From assembly GCA_965285935.1 (NCBI GenBank), contig OZ260664.1, forward strand, positions 92,442,001 through 92,506,000: DNA of 64,000 bases, in the 5' to 3' direction. Both the position numbers and the translations under genes were made by a program. Below, piece by piece: positions 21,701-35,985 of the stretch. Below the pieces are notes generated by a model. It was not told where the DNA came from. It did no database searches and was given only the letters and a program-made list of their open reading frames with translations. Each line of letters begins with the position of its first letter. Position 1 is the stretch's first letter. Source of the stretch: Ophelia neglecta (lineage: Eukaryota).

Positions 21701-24700
21701 ACTATCTATTTATATCTATGGCAATTTTGTTATATCAACCCCCCCCCCCCTTCCTGAGGAAATATTGAAGTCAAATAAAGCGTAATATATAGAGTTCCTA
21801 TCACCAACACGAGGGAGGTGCGATTAGCAAGTTGAAATATGCCACTTGTTAATAACCACTTGTCAATTTGCAATTGGTTTATATGTTGAAAAACTGTTTC
21901 CAATTTCAGAGGTTCTGTATGGGAACCAGTCAGCAAATTCCAATGTCAGGAAAATGCGTCCCATTATTTATCAACAAAACTACTAGCATTATGGGTACAA
22001 ATATGCGGACGTTATATGAATCTCTTCTTGATCATGCATTGTGCGATTGCATCCGTTGCCGATTTGCTGGGGCTGTTAGGAAAGGGCCAATACCAACGTG
22101 TTTTCTTCTACTGGTTTCAGGGAGTAACTGATGTGCGATCAGATATTCTCCGTCTATATCACTGTATACCTAGTATACTTGTGAGGAGCTTGTTGGGTGC
22201 ACGGTTTTATTGCGGGAATGGAGGACCCGATACAGGCTACGATATCCGTATGTATCTACTGGAACTTTCTACGGTTACAGTATAAATAAATGTATGTGGC
22301 AGGTGGGGTGATAGTTGAGCTCGGAAGATAAGGTCCAAAAGTTGAGCTGCTAAAAACTGGCCATTATTTGTTAGGTGAAAAAGATCACAGATATTTGCCC
22401 AAGGTAGCTATGAGCGAATTATGCAAAGGGAGTACACAGCTTCATACTGGCCAATTCTTGGCCAAGGAGATATAATTTTCAATGAATTTGATCCTTATGC
22501 TAATGTTATGCATACAAATATGTATGGCCTTAGCGACAGATCTCTATCCGTTGTTTTGATTCCAGTAAGGAAAAATCCGTTGTGTAATTGTTGATGATAG
22601 CAAAGCTTTCCATATGGTGTGGAGAAAGGCACTGTGGTGGAAATTCAGAAAGAGGGTTTTGAAATGGAAAGACAACTTCTTAGGTTTGTTAGAAACGTGC
22701 ATGACAATGTTAAATTGTGCATAATAAAGATTTGAAAAACAAGTTACTATTTTTAATATTTACCTTGGGTAAGACAGGATGAAAAGCCATCCTCCCCTTT
22801 GTTTTCTTATTTTGTAAATGGTCTCATATCATATGTGTCTAGTCAATGACATAAAGGATTCGTTGTTGACGTAGAAGAGGTACTAATGATCAGTGATGTA
22901 AATATGTTGTCGGTATTATATCATCCCCTGTTGTATATGAAGAGATGACGTTATTCACTTGATGTTATCATTAAAACTAGAATGATAACTAACTGGTCTA
23001 TTCTTGTGACGGACAAGGACATAAAGCTAAACAGATTCATGTATGGATGTATATGATTGGCACCGAAGACGTTTATATACATATCCTTGGTTAAATCATG
23101 TAGTCAATTTTGAAGAAACTGCGGTTGCTCATATCTGTTTATCTCATTATAAGGTGGTTACAATTCACAATGGGTAAATTTTCGGGACCAGATTTGTTAA
23201 GCCGTAGTTAGCTGATTTAACTAGAAGAATATTGAATAAAACATATTTGTCATTGACACAGTCAATTTGAACCGTATCTAGATCCCCTACCAGACAATTT
23301 ATCAAAACAAATATGTAAACTTAGAATAAGTAATCTTTGTTACACTTAAAGATAGATATGTATCTATACCTCGCCTGCTATTATATTGCCATCTATATCA
23401 AACTGTCACACTGACCGGCGCGTTTCATTTAATTCTCCAACATTCACGTGTCAATTTCAATGTAAATGTTGTAGACCTCAGGAATCTATACAACTTAATT
23501 ATCGCACCCGCCCCAGTATGTATACAGCTGTAATCTAAGTAAATAAACCTGATTCATTGACTCTTTATAAATATGATTATTATAATCATTTATTATGATT
23601 TGTGTTCCATTCCTCAGATGAGGCCGTGAACAAATATAACTTTAAGCTGATTGTGAAGGAGATGTACTTTGCCACTAGCGAATCATGGTTCAACAGGCAA
23701 GTGCACAGAGATAACAGGTTCTCGAATTTCATCGAGAAGGTTGATTCGTGTTAATGACCGAAACATCAAAGTTTGAAAGTCCAATATTTAATGATACTTT
23801 TTGGTTATGATGCATGAAGTTAACTTTGCCTTAGTTGCACTTGAATGGACACTAATTGCTTTTAGATCCCTGCTTAATTAAAAGCGGTGAACCTCAGAAT
23901 CGTGGTCATTTTGCCAACGAATGACAACAAGTAACATAAAATAAGCGCAAGTACAGTCAGGTGAAGTAGTGATAAGTCTATTAACGAGCCTTTCTGAACC
24001 GTGAAAATGAGGTGAAAAGTTCCTTTCATTGTTTAAGCAAAGTTTACGTTACATACACGGCTGGCTGGTGTGCCTTAATTGAAAAAAAAACACATTTTAT
24101 TATACATTTGGCCATGATGACAAAAAGAAGCACAAATAGAATTAACCGTTTTAGTTTTGCCTACTCGCTACTATTATACTAAAGGCGCAAATTACATAGT
24201 AATTTAATAACTAATATTTGATAGAATGATAGAATTATTGGTATTATTGGTATTAAGTAACTACAGTACCTAAATCTTTAAAGTAAAGTTATAATAACAA
24301 ACATCAGACGTGCAGAAAAACGTAATCTTTCGGTTTTCGTTTTAGTTGTTGGCAAAATAAAATGACTTTGATTGTGAGGATGTAGTTACGTCTGGCTTTA
24401 CCAAATACCGCTGATTCTAAAAGCCCCCTGCGTCACTGGTAAAGTAGCCTTCGCCATAGAACAAATTCTTTACTTCGTAGGAGGGGCTGCTCGGAGAAAG
24501 CCCAGTAACGTGCTGAGACAGTATTATGACTCAAGGCTTAATGAGAAAATCAGTGTGGTCAGCTCAGGTGACTGTTTCGATAAATTCACGTAGGTGCTTT
24601 CCGACCATATTTCTGTCAATCTGTTTAAGATAATATTTTCGATAAAAAGAAATTACCTCTTAATTACGAAATTTAAATCCATATATCTATGCGATGTGAG

Positions 24701-24744
24701 CTGATCATATATCTGGCACATGCGGTGAAGGATCGAATGGTATA

Positions 24745-24830
24745 TCATAGATAGGTGGGTAGATTGGTATATGATAGAAGATCTAGCAAAACTGTATACC
24801 CCTTTGTCGCTATCACAAATGGGGTATATG
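24745..24830 (+). mobile_element. Possible Helentron/HINE-like 3' end
   Basis: A GATA-like microsatellite relic is followed by AAAACTG and the hairpin TATACCCC-TTTGT/ACAAA-T-GGGGTATA. Confidence 0.35.
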
Positions 24831-27408
24831 CCTTATTCTAAAAGATAGGCATTGCTCAATATCGAATACTTAATAAACACGTGTTATTGAATGCATAGAC
24901 GTTGTTTAGATAATTCCCGCAGATATCGCGTTCTCAGTCGGATGGGTACAGTAGCTACAGTAGGCAGTTTTGACGTCAAACGAAGACACTCTTCACGCGG
25001 GTAAGTGAGGTCAACACTAATCAAAGTGGAATAAACATAGGCATTTACACACAATAACACGTAGAAAAACATATATATACTATAAACAAGGTGCCCTGGT
25101 ATATCCTCATCGTATCCAGCAAACACGATGAACCCCCCCCCCCCCTCCTCCTCCTTCCCCCACCCCTGCACCACCGGTCAACCACGAAGGTTAACCAACA
25201 GGCACGACGACCCTGGAGACCCAATGTATTTAATTTAAGAAAAGTTTAAGTAAACATCAACCCAGCAGTTGGAGACAAATAAAAACTGATATTATTGAAA
25301 TAGAGGGCAGTATCCTAAGTATGTCGAGTTCAAATCTGCCTTACATCGAGCCTAAATGTTTGAATAAAACTGAAAGTATTATGTAATTTAAAAACTGAAA
25401 TAAATGACCATGACATAATTGATATAAGAAGTGCAAATTATTATCTTGGAGAACTCTATTGGGTTACCAATATAAAATATAATACATAGTGTGATAAAAA
25501 GCATACACGACTGTTCAATATGCTATCTGCACGTTACTGAAATGAACGTAATGTGTCAAACAGCACGGATGACATTCATTCATTAAAAACGCCATAACTT
25601 GTCTGCTAGGAATTATTCGCCTATATATTGTATGTGTTTCTTTCGAAAATTCCAGTAAATTAAAACCAACGTTGTAGTGTCAATCACCCTCGTCCGTTTA
25701 TTTATTTGATAGGACCTCATGTGATGTGCTAGTTTCCAACTTTCTATTCATAGTAAAGCCGCTGACGCTGGCCCGTTACTCGGTATTTTCTAGGCCAAGC
25801 AATAACGAACTGCACGACGGTCTCCATTTAATAGCTATAAAAGGATGCATATTTACATGCGGAAGTACATTAAGACCCTCATGGGTGGTTACCAAGATAT
25901 GCAATTTCCGTCAAACTAAATCATCTTGTCCTACTCCCCATATCCACAGTTAAGCAGAGCATTTGTTTATTGGGGTTAGATACAGTTCAGGGTATATAGA
26001 CTCCGGACAGATTACCTAATTAATCAAGAAAATGTCCATTTAGTATGGAGCAATCTATAATAAGCTGGTAGGGATGGTCATCTAATAACACACCAGTTGT
26101 AACCCATTTCACAGCTACAGAAGTACATATTAGATACATCAACATTAATATTTTCTCTGGGAAAGGGAGCAATTCTACATTGTTATTGCATGTGCTATTC
26201 CTTTCATAATCCGTGTTTTCTATTTCACTTGATTGTGACAAGCAAGCCAGCCATGTTATCAGGCTGACATGCTCGACGCTGCCGTTACGAGCATTTTTAA
26301 AGATCTAGGTTTTTATGTCATGGAAGAAAAACGAAATTTAAATATGTTATTATATCCCAATAATAACATATCATAGGATTATAAGTTATCTGTAAGATGC
26401 TAAAGCGGTATGAGCTCGAGTAAAACGTATATTTAAAATATAGCTGCTAAAAATTTACATATAATCATATTGTTTGTGGATTGCTCGAAAGCGGAAATTA
26501 TCATTTTCATTGAATGCAGATCGTTACTAAAATAAATATTTTATTACCGTTTTGACCAGGAAGCTGGCAACTACTTATGAGTCTTTCAGTGTACACGGAG
26601 CTGGCATTGAGGGCAAACCGGGGGACATTCGTCAATTTTATTGAACAAATAATGAGGGTGCACTGAAACATTAAAGACCAAAAAGCAATTTGGGTGACCT
26701 CAGTGAGTGATTTAGATGCTGGAGTGTCGGAACTGATGGACTCTAATATTCGGTATGTCCCTGCTCTGACTTCAGAAAAGAAACAAAATAAAGCCTTAAA
26801 ATATATTGCTTTACTAAATAGTTTGTCATTCATCTTAAATAATTCTGCTTAATTCTGATCAGTATCAAAACGTAGAACATTATTATTCGTCAAGGTGAAT
26901 AACAACCCTGAAGCTCAGATGGCAAGATATGAATATAATATTTTTTATGGTTAACTCCGTTGGTGATAATTTTTACTCGAGCTTGATTCGACCCTGTAAA
27001 CTCCGTCCATAAACGTCAGCCTCAAATTATCGTACTTATTTAACTGACTCCTCTATACAATGCAGATAGTTAATTAATTAAGACAAGTTAATGAGAATTG
27101 AATCTATGTTTGTTTTTTCGAACATAACTTATCTAATGCCATGTATATCTTCGTATGTCGCAGACATGGCTAGAAGCAAATCACAGTGATGCAAGCTGGT
27201 ATGTAAAGGATTTGCAGTGTGCATTTTGTTTCTATTGGGTTCTAGAAAAAGGAATTGTCTCGGTGCGCTCGGCGAGGAGTTTACACCGCAATGCCTATTT
27301 GTTGTTTGACTTTTCTGCACAGCTTATCCTTCCTGAGCCCAGATTGACACCGGTGTTAAAGCGGGAAATTCGTTGCATTTCCATACCGACAAGTACGGTC
27401 AATGATGA

Positions 27409-27468
27409 CAATATAATACGTATATTAAATATAAATATCAATATAATACGTATATTAAATATAAATAT
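27409..27468. repeat. Perfect 30-bp tandem duplication
   Basis: CAATATAATACGTATATTAAATATAAATAT x2. Confidence 0.97.
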
Positions 27469-30400
27469 ATGTGTCGAAAAACCAATTGCCACCTACAAGG
27501 TAGTCACATTGTCTGACTGGATGACTATTCACCCTATATAGGTTGTAATGACATGGTCATCTCTCTTACACTGCGCCATCTTAAAATATTTAACTTCTAA
27601 TTATTCTGTATTCTTTTTTGCAACAGTCCTCTCACATATTACTAGGATTCCTTTGCCCGTGTGCGACAGGTAATTGATTCAACCCAGCGTTCAAGAACCT
27701 GATGTAGCGATTGTCGATTCATAAAAAATAATCATTAGAAGACTGGACCGAGCAGTTGCAATGTTTAACACCTTTCCTTACTATGTGTGATTAACAAATC
27801 AATATTACTCAAGACGTATAAAAATATACAGAGCTATTAAGAACAGACAACTACAGGTACATACTGGAACGGGTGTATGTTTGCCGGATGGATTGTTTCC
27901 GGGATTATTGCTTTACATGATTTCCGGGGAGAGGGGGAGGAGGTGGTTTGTTTCCCAGGGGTATAATTTTATGCAATGATTTTTGGGGTAATGAAAACTA
28001 TTACTGTGTTATCCATGGCTTTCTCGATATGAAGGTAGCAAAACGATATATAAATATGTAAACTTTTGAAAATATATGACCTCTGTAACAAATGGTAACA
28101 TATTTATTATGACCTGTTCAATGCAGCGACAATACCTATCATTTTCAGCCCCCAATTATCAAGTTTGCCATATAAAAAGCATATTTAGGTCTCGGCATGG
28201 ATATTACCAGGGTTTGGTTTCCAGAAGCGCCTTAACCCTTAACTCCGATTAAAATAAGGATTAAAGTATTTAATCGGTCTTATTTTGATAATCAGGGTAC
28301 CTGTACGCTGGATTCTGTCTTAAACATATCCATTTTGGAAAACGGAAACACGATTTAAATTAATCCGTTGTAGGCTAATAAAATCCATAAAGTTTAGACA
28401 TTTTCTAAAAAAGGGCATAGGTTCACCATAACACCAACAAGATGTCAGCACATATTAAGCATGACGTCATTTAGGAGAGGATTCATGGTTAATTTTAAGG
28501 ATAGATCTTATTCAATTATAGTTCTTTCATTAGCTATCGTATTTCTGCTACTGAACATTTATTTCCCCTGTGGTGTTATGTCACAGTAGCTCCTTTTGGG
28601 TCAATGTGTCAATGTGAAATGGCATGTTGTTATTACATTCACCATAATACTGCCCCTAGGCCAACATAATCTTAAATAATCTTAGCGTTGACACGACACC
28701 ACAGGCATGTCCGGATATATAACAGCAGATAGCGAAGATAAGGCTCAATGTAATCACGAGATCTAGTCCATCTTAAGCCGGATACAACACAAAATTACTT
28801 ATTTTCTCAATGAAATAAATAAGCCCTGCAGGCCCATAGAATATCAATAGATGATGTCAAAGGTGAAAAGAAGTTTCGACGTCCCGGCAATAAAAATAGA
28901 ATGTATTTGTTATAAAATACGGTCCAGTGACAGGGAAGGACGGAAGGTGTTGGTTTCATTGAGTGCTTATACGTATAGATTTATAAATACTAGCGGTAAA
29001 ACTCTGGGGGGGGGGGGATGTGAATTCAAATTACTGTGTACGCCTCCTCAATCCTAATGCTTCATTATCACATGTACATGTCCCATTATACCTGCTTAGA
29101 ATGAACATCCGAGTTTGCTCGGGGAGAACGAGTATGATAGTGGAGTTTGCCCATTTTGGCATAAATCTGAATTATAGCACACGCCATGTATAGTCATATT
29201 TTTGCGATATTCTTCACAAAACAAACCGACTAGCTGCTATTTGAATTTTCAATATGTTACTCTGCAGTCTAACCAGTAATTCTTCGATTAATGCAAGAAT
29301 GTTTCTGTTTCTGTTCGGCTTTCAATCATTGTGGCTGGATAATGCATGCGCTACAAGCATTTGGAATGAAATGCCACTGCACCAATGATAATATCAACAT
29401 TCGGACGCAATGCTAACTATTAACCACCCGGAATGTTCTCCGTAGAAAACTTGAAAAACCATGCATTGGAGGAATTAAGTACATAGTTTAATCAAGCAAA
29501 CGTTGAGAACAAAATATACGAAATAAAACAAATTCTGTTCAATTCCTAAATGAGGACCAGTTGCCATTCAACTAATTTAGTCCTCAAGATCCTTGCGTTG
29601 TATTTCAGCGTGACGAATTATCGGTGATAACTTTTATGTGTGTGGTTAGATTTATATAGCTTGCCCTATTATAGTTAATTCAAGTCCCACAATTTGGCTT
29701 TGTATGTCCCTGCATACAAAGTCAAATCATTTAGTCAAGTATAGTCCACCACACACATCGACAAATCATTCTCCAGCTCTCAATTAGTAAATAAACATGC
29801 CACAAAAATAAAACAAATATTGATATCACTGGCAGTAAGAGACGTATAAAGTAAAACTTTCATATAAAGATGCAAGAAGAAAATCACATGTTTCTTCAAA
29901 CTTTCTTGCCTTTGATGGACCATTTTTTACTTATGATTAAGCTTCGTCTGCCGGTTATCCACATCCATTTTTTGTCCTACGGATTTTCACTAATTGCAAA
30001 ATATTTATGGTAAAGTCGGCGGAAGTGCTTTTTTTATATTATAATTCCAATTTCTCCAAATAGAGTCAGTGCATTTTAAGCATCCTCACAACGGTGCAAG
30101 TCATAGCTAGCAATATGCTATTTACAAATAGCAAGGTGTAATAGAGTTCAAGGTTTATGCGGACAACATGACAATTATGTACTTAATCACGAAAGATATC
30201 TATTTACCATTGGGATTTCTAGGGGCGGAGGGGGGCAGATTTCCCAAATGAAAGATACCATAACTCATATTAACGTGGCACTCAGTCAGCTTAGACAGTG
30301 ATTACCCTAACATAAATTCTTGAACTTCGGTGAGGGAGAGGGGAGGTGATTAACCATATTTATCTGTTAGTAATCTTATTTTCGGAGCCAAGGATACCAT

Positions 30401-32190
30401 ATTGCGGGACGATAGTATAGCTAATGGAATATTTGTGATTGGAATGTGAAAATCAATTCAGCAAATGTTGTCATTTTCTTATTCCGTCTTTTATATTTAG
30501 ATTACTACTCATGCATGATATCTCTTAACGATAGGCCTAGGAAAGAAATAATGCAAATAATGCTATTGACCGCGTGGACGGATGCAAACTATTTACCGAT
30601 TTTCTACGTACATAACTTCGGAATCTCTTAGTAGATTAATGCATCTAGTCGTAAGGTGTAAATGGCAAACAGCCAGCTATAATAATGGAAGCATACCCTG
30701 CATTACTCAGCTTATCTCTGTCAGGTTAACATTTCAAACATTTAATTACATTTTCTCCTTGGCAGATAAAGAAAGTACGAATCAGGGTCCTAATTATATC
30801 AAGGCGGTTTATAGTTGACTTTACTTACAAACTCCAGATAAAATACCTACTTAATCATGAGAGAAATAGATTTACGATAGTGATGCGTAAGGGTACCAAG
30901 CTGGGGCAAATGTCAATCTACAAGGTGGCCTTAGGTGATATAAAATCAACACCCACACGGGTGAGACTCACTATCGAGGCGATTTTGGTCGTTAGAGGAG
31001 CTCTTCAGGTAGATTAAGCCATCAAGGGGTTATTTCAGCTTTGAATTTGGTAAAATAATGCGTTTGACTTTTAGATAATATATATGTAAATGGTTATATA
31101 AGAACATTTTTTCCTTCCTGTATAGACATGCGTCCACATTGTCATTGAACCACCCATCCAAATTTCTTACAGGCATCATAATGCAAATTACCCACTCAAA
31201 CTTTCGGAACACTTGAACATAAACTTTAACAGTTGATACACGGCAGTAAAAACACTGTCGTTTAGGACGGTTCATTAAGTCAACCTTCAGGAACCAGCAG
31301 TCATAGCCACATTTATCCGCAACTTCTTAATAGTCCATTTCATCGTAACGATATTACTTGTTAATGATAGTCAACAATTTTCCCGGACATGCGCACTACC
31401 ACAAAACAAACGAGCCAAAACATGTTGATGATCAAATTAGGTGATTAACGAATAATTGGGTACGATTCACCGTGCCTTAACACACGATAAATGGGTTTGA
31501 TACATAACGATAATAACTAAGCTGTTGTGTTTTACTCTCTCCGATATGCTAGCAGCTGACAATTTCCGGTCTACCCGATACTACTTTGAAAGGTAAACAT
31601 GACCACAACACAGCAAACAAGTTCGTGTGAGCTTTAAAACAACTTGCGAAGTTACGATTTATGCCAGCATGTATTTGGCCCTTCTAACAATGACAATTGA
31701 TAAAGCCCATATCCTACATGTAGCTCGAGATATGAAGCATCTCTCAACGAAGTCAGAGCACTTAGGCAGACATTATCCATAGCAGGTCAGCGTGTGAGCC
31801 TTATAGACCAAGTAATGTTTTGCACAACTGTTTAGATATAACACGAACATATAAAAAATATATAGTGCAAATTTCATGTGTTTTCATGTTTCACTGAATA
31901 GCTGTCATTGCGAGATTATCCATACTTTTCGAATGACTGCAGCTTGTCAGTCCGTAAAAGAGAACAGGTAAGATAACTATCTTTGGAGCTGAGAGATCCT
32001 ATAATGACCATTTACCATAATTTGTTAGTGTTTTTCTCTGTCATTAGGTAGTCGAATTGGTTCCAAAAACAATATCAGAGTGGAATTGAGGCGTTATAAC
32101 CTGATATACCTATTCAGAAATGTTGCCCTGCCCTTCGCACTTCATATAGTTTCTTCATGGGTTTTTTCAGGTCATAAAGCCTTAATACTA

Positions 32191-32549
32191 TATTGTTATT
32201 GCTAAATAATGTCTAACATAAAGTTAGGAATTTAAAGACCTATCGGTCTAATAAAATCACAATGCACACGGATGTTATAGGTCATTTCGTTAAATGTAAG
32301 TACGTGCAAGTGCAACATATCATGTTAAAACGATATGAAGCAGATATTTACATGACACATAACCCTAAGATTATTGTTATTGCTAAATAATGTCTAACAT
32401 AAAGTTAAGGATATATAGACTTATCCGTCTGATAAAATCACAATGCACACGGATGTTAAAAGTCATTTCGTTAAATATGAGTACGTGCAAGTGCAACATA
32501 TCATGTTAAAATGGTATGAAGCAGATATTTACATGACACATAACCCTAA
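32191..32549. repeat. Tandem duplication, 181-bp period, roughly 90-95% identical
   Basis: TATTGTTATTGCTAAATAATGTCTAAC...ACATAACCCTAA at 32191-32368 and 32372-32549. Confidence 0.95.
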
Positions 32550-35184
32550 AATGAGCGGAAAATATCATTCAAAGCCATTCGCAGACTTCAATGTTTGTTG
32601 AAATAGGGGCAAATAGAACCACTACAAAACAGTGTAAAGGAAAGTCATATTTATTCCTCACTCTCCTAAAGACTTCACTAGTCCTAAATGCATGTTTTTT
32701 TTTAATCTATTTAGAAAATGCATTTCCAAACTTGACCCTGGGGCAAAAGCTTAGGCATGTTTCACAGTTCAATGATTATACCACGAACATCTTGGAAATC
32801 TTACTGCCTTATTTCCAGAGAGGAAAGGATGGAACATATTATGCCCTTGACACAACAGCTCTGGCTTCTCAACATTCCACTACCTCAGCGTTCGGTTGGT
32901 ACTGCCACAACTACATGTAGAACAAAGTAAGAAGCACTCGACATTAACAGTTCTTGTGAACCTGAGGTGAATTTCTGCCCTAGAAACATATCTGCAACAT
33001 GTCAGTTTCCACCTGCCCAGGGACACGAGTGACTGACTTGACGTCAAAACCCTGAAGTATAGCGGAAGTTACAGCTTGAGATCTGGTCCTTGCCACACTC
33101 TAAATTCTAACGAGTCAACAAATAACTGGTTATTTTCAGCCTTTGCCCCATTAAAAAAACTGTATGAAAGACAGTTAAGGTCAGATGGGATTACAGTTAA
33201 GTGCGGGAGATAGGCAAACAGGTGCTTATTTGCGCCACTAAATAAAAAAAAAAAATAGCGGTCAACCACGTAAACTGTTTATGAAACTGAGAACGAATAT
33301 CTCATATGTTTTGTTTATAAACAAATATCTAATAAAATGCACAAAAAAAGTACCACGTAAAAATGTTGGCTATATAACAAAAGCAGCGTGTTTCAAGCAG
33401 TTTCACGTGGGATAAGATACCTTCGTTTGTATTAGACCCCTTAAACTGAAGAAAATAACACAGATATCAATCAGTTATTTGGACGGACTGTGCATCATAC
33501 GGTGGAATGGGTACTGCTGCCGGCAGCTAGGAATCCCGCTTTATAAAATGAATCATCGTATGAAAGTGGTTTGAAATGCAAATAGCTTTTAATATATGAT
33601 ATATTTGCCACTAGAGAAAAATTTGAAACACGCCTTAAACATTGCCATCAGGTGCGAAATTATAATATAGGCTTAAAAAAGAAAACCGAATATTTCTTGT
33701 CATTTTCCGTAATATGCCAGGCTATCGTGGCTCTCCACTTCTGTTTTTAATTTACCCGCTAGGCTTATTAAACTGGCAAAAAATCTAACTTATATGCAAC
33801 TACATACCAGATGACTATCGAAATGAGCAGACTATGGAAAATTTATAGAATGTTTCGCCTGTGAGAAAGGCTGATCAGAGAAATAGGCTTCCCAGCAATG
33901 ATTAGAATGAACTAAAAGGGTTGTTTATATGTAGAGCAGCAGAATCAGTTAAGCTTAATGTTTGCTCTGTGCCTGCTAGGACTTAGGAATGCCATATCCT
34001 TAGTAAATCACAGTCGCTGGCTACAGGGCCTGGGTAATCAGATGGTGTTTGGGTTTGTTTGAAGTGTATTAATTTGCACCGAGTCTCCAGTTTCAAGTCT
34101 TATTTGAATCTCTATGATGAAGTTTGAATACCGACTATGAAAATTTGGCAGAAATATTTTCTACCATCAATTCCAGATATTCTGGTATTCTACGATGTAC
34201 ATACATGTGATAAACCGTGTTATTTTGTGACTGCGTCAATATAGATGGGTAATTTAAGAGGAAATAGCACATATAGTAGATGTAAAGCACATATTAAGCT
34301 GGTCGTCTTTGACACTGCCAGTGTCCGCAGCAGTTAAAATGCACAGCTGCCACAGGTATTTAAATTATGTGTCTATATTACCATGGAGTTTTCCAAGGCA
34401 GAAGGACTCACTATGCAATGGCTCGTGGGCGAGGGAGTGGGGGTGGGGGGTGGGGTGGGGTTGGAGTGGTGGTGGTTGTGACAGGAGGGGCGGGGGTGTG
34501 AGGGTGGCAACAATAACCAAACCATACCACCTCTAGGTGTGAACCGAATGGGCCACCACTAGGGTTTTCGATTAGAAACTTTTACATTAAATACTTTCCC
34601 AAATAAAACAGTAAATGGTTTCACCTACAACGGGATGGTTTCTAAGAAGATGTACATAATATTTCACCCAAACAGAAGCAAGGGTTTGCCCCACTCCCAC
34701 CCCCAACCCCCTCCCGTATTGGTTGATCCATTGACCACCCCGACTGAATGCACTTTAAACAACCCCGGAGTTTTTTTATGTTATTGGGGACAAAAAATGG
34801 GACACGTTTATTTCTATATATCGGTGTGAAGGTTCTTTATCGAATCTATGTGCGAACTGAATTTATGAGGTAACATGTAAATCGAACTGGAAGTTGAAGT
34901 GTTTTAAAAACGTCCGATTTAAAATCGGGTGTGCTAGCTGTTCAACAGCGTACCCATTATTTTGTCATGTGTTTTCTAGGCATTTGCATTAATCATGTAT
35001 TTAATTTTAACTAAATTTTGCTGCTGCTCGAGTTACCCGTTATTGGATATCTTACCAATTTTCCTGCTTGTGTTCATATGAATGCACTCAATAAAAACAG
35101 TTTAATGGTAAATTGGTAAATTGTTTTGCCCCATTTCACAGAAGTATAAGATGCCGCCTGCGACATCATTAATATCGTTTTCGG

Positions 35185-35432
35185 GCACTTTGAATTGAGG
35201 CGAGCTATTTATTATACGTAGCTACTTTAAGTGCGTTTGGCTTAAGAATTGCAATTTAGTATACGTACGATTTTTAGTTCCATTTTGCTTGAGGCGAGCT
35301 ATCTAGTATACGAAGCTGACTTAAATACTTTGACTTGTGGCGAGCTACTTACTATACGTAGCTTCTATAGGCACTTTGACCTCAAGCGAGCTATTTAGGG
35401 AACGTAGCCTTTTTTTAAGTACTTAGACTTAA
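35185..35432. repeat. Degenerate 46-47-bp minisatellite, about 5 copies
   Basis: GCGAGCTA cores at 35200, 35294, 35340 and 35386, with TATACGTAGC and ACTTTGAC sub-motifs. One eroded unit lies at ~35247. Confidence 0.85.
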
Positions 35433-35609
35433 GGAATGCTTACTTGGCGATATTTCTCTAGTCGAGGGAGATGGGGTAGCAATGTTAAATGCGGAATTCA
35501 AGTTCAAATTACCGAGAGGATGATCAGTTATTACGACTGTTTGTTTCTCGAATTATTTTCATGAGGTATTATAATGTCTATATAAGTAATATGGCTATGT
35601 TTTCAGGAA

Positions 35610-35985
35610 TTACCATCGCAAGTCTGCGCGCCTGCCCTTTATCCAAATGCCCACTAGAGGCTTCTTCGCGGGCTCCAGTTATTCACAGCCTGAACAGCAC
35701 AGCCGGGGCCCGGCTACGCTCACACTGTCACTCGTAGCTCCCCACATAGGCCAGTGAACAGTAGCACGGCACTAGGAACAATAACCACCTAGAGTTTTAC
35801 TGTCACAGCCCGTCGCAAACCACATTTTGATTTTGCCTCTTTGTTTTTTCATTATCTCTTATATCTTCGTACATGATTATGTTAATGATTTCATTCTGTT
35901 CTTATCGGGTTTTGCTATAATTATGTATTCCATTTAATCCACTTGGTCTTTGACCAGTCGCCTGAAACATGATTAGTTGAGCTGC
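35610..35985 (+). mobile_element. Possible decayed LINE 3' end
   Basis: A GC-rich broken-coding stretch (LPT*ASEQ*HGTRNNNHL) is followed by a T-rich UTR and a TGGTC-TTT-GACCA hairpin near the end. Confidence 0.25.

Noticed and set aside
22121-22247. Exon-like segments with splice-like flanks (also 27627-27669 and 32819-32926)
   Set aside because: The translations are unrecognisable and cannot be chained into a gene. Such sites are expected by chance in 64 kb.
25300-25345. B-box-like GAGTTCAAATC suggesting a tRNA or SINE
   Set aside because: No A-box or cloverleaf could be built.
28231-28245. TTAACCCT piggyBac-like terminus
   Set aside because: No matching inverted terminus nearby.
30975-31012. 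Hammerhead-ribozyme-like cores (CTGAAGA/CTGATGA/CTGACGA here and at ~1371, ~14705, ~18755 and ~43893)
   Set aside because: None has a proper stem II directly followed by GAAA plus closing stems. All are near-misses.
35185-35432. CRISPR-like periodicity (also at 13901-14191)
   Set aside because: The repeats are degenerate, the spacers are homologous to each other, there are no cas genes, and the context is eukaryotic.
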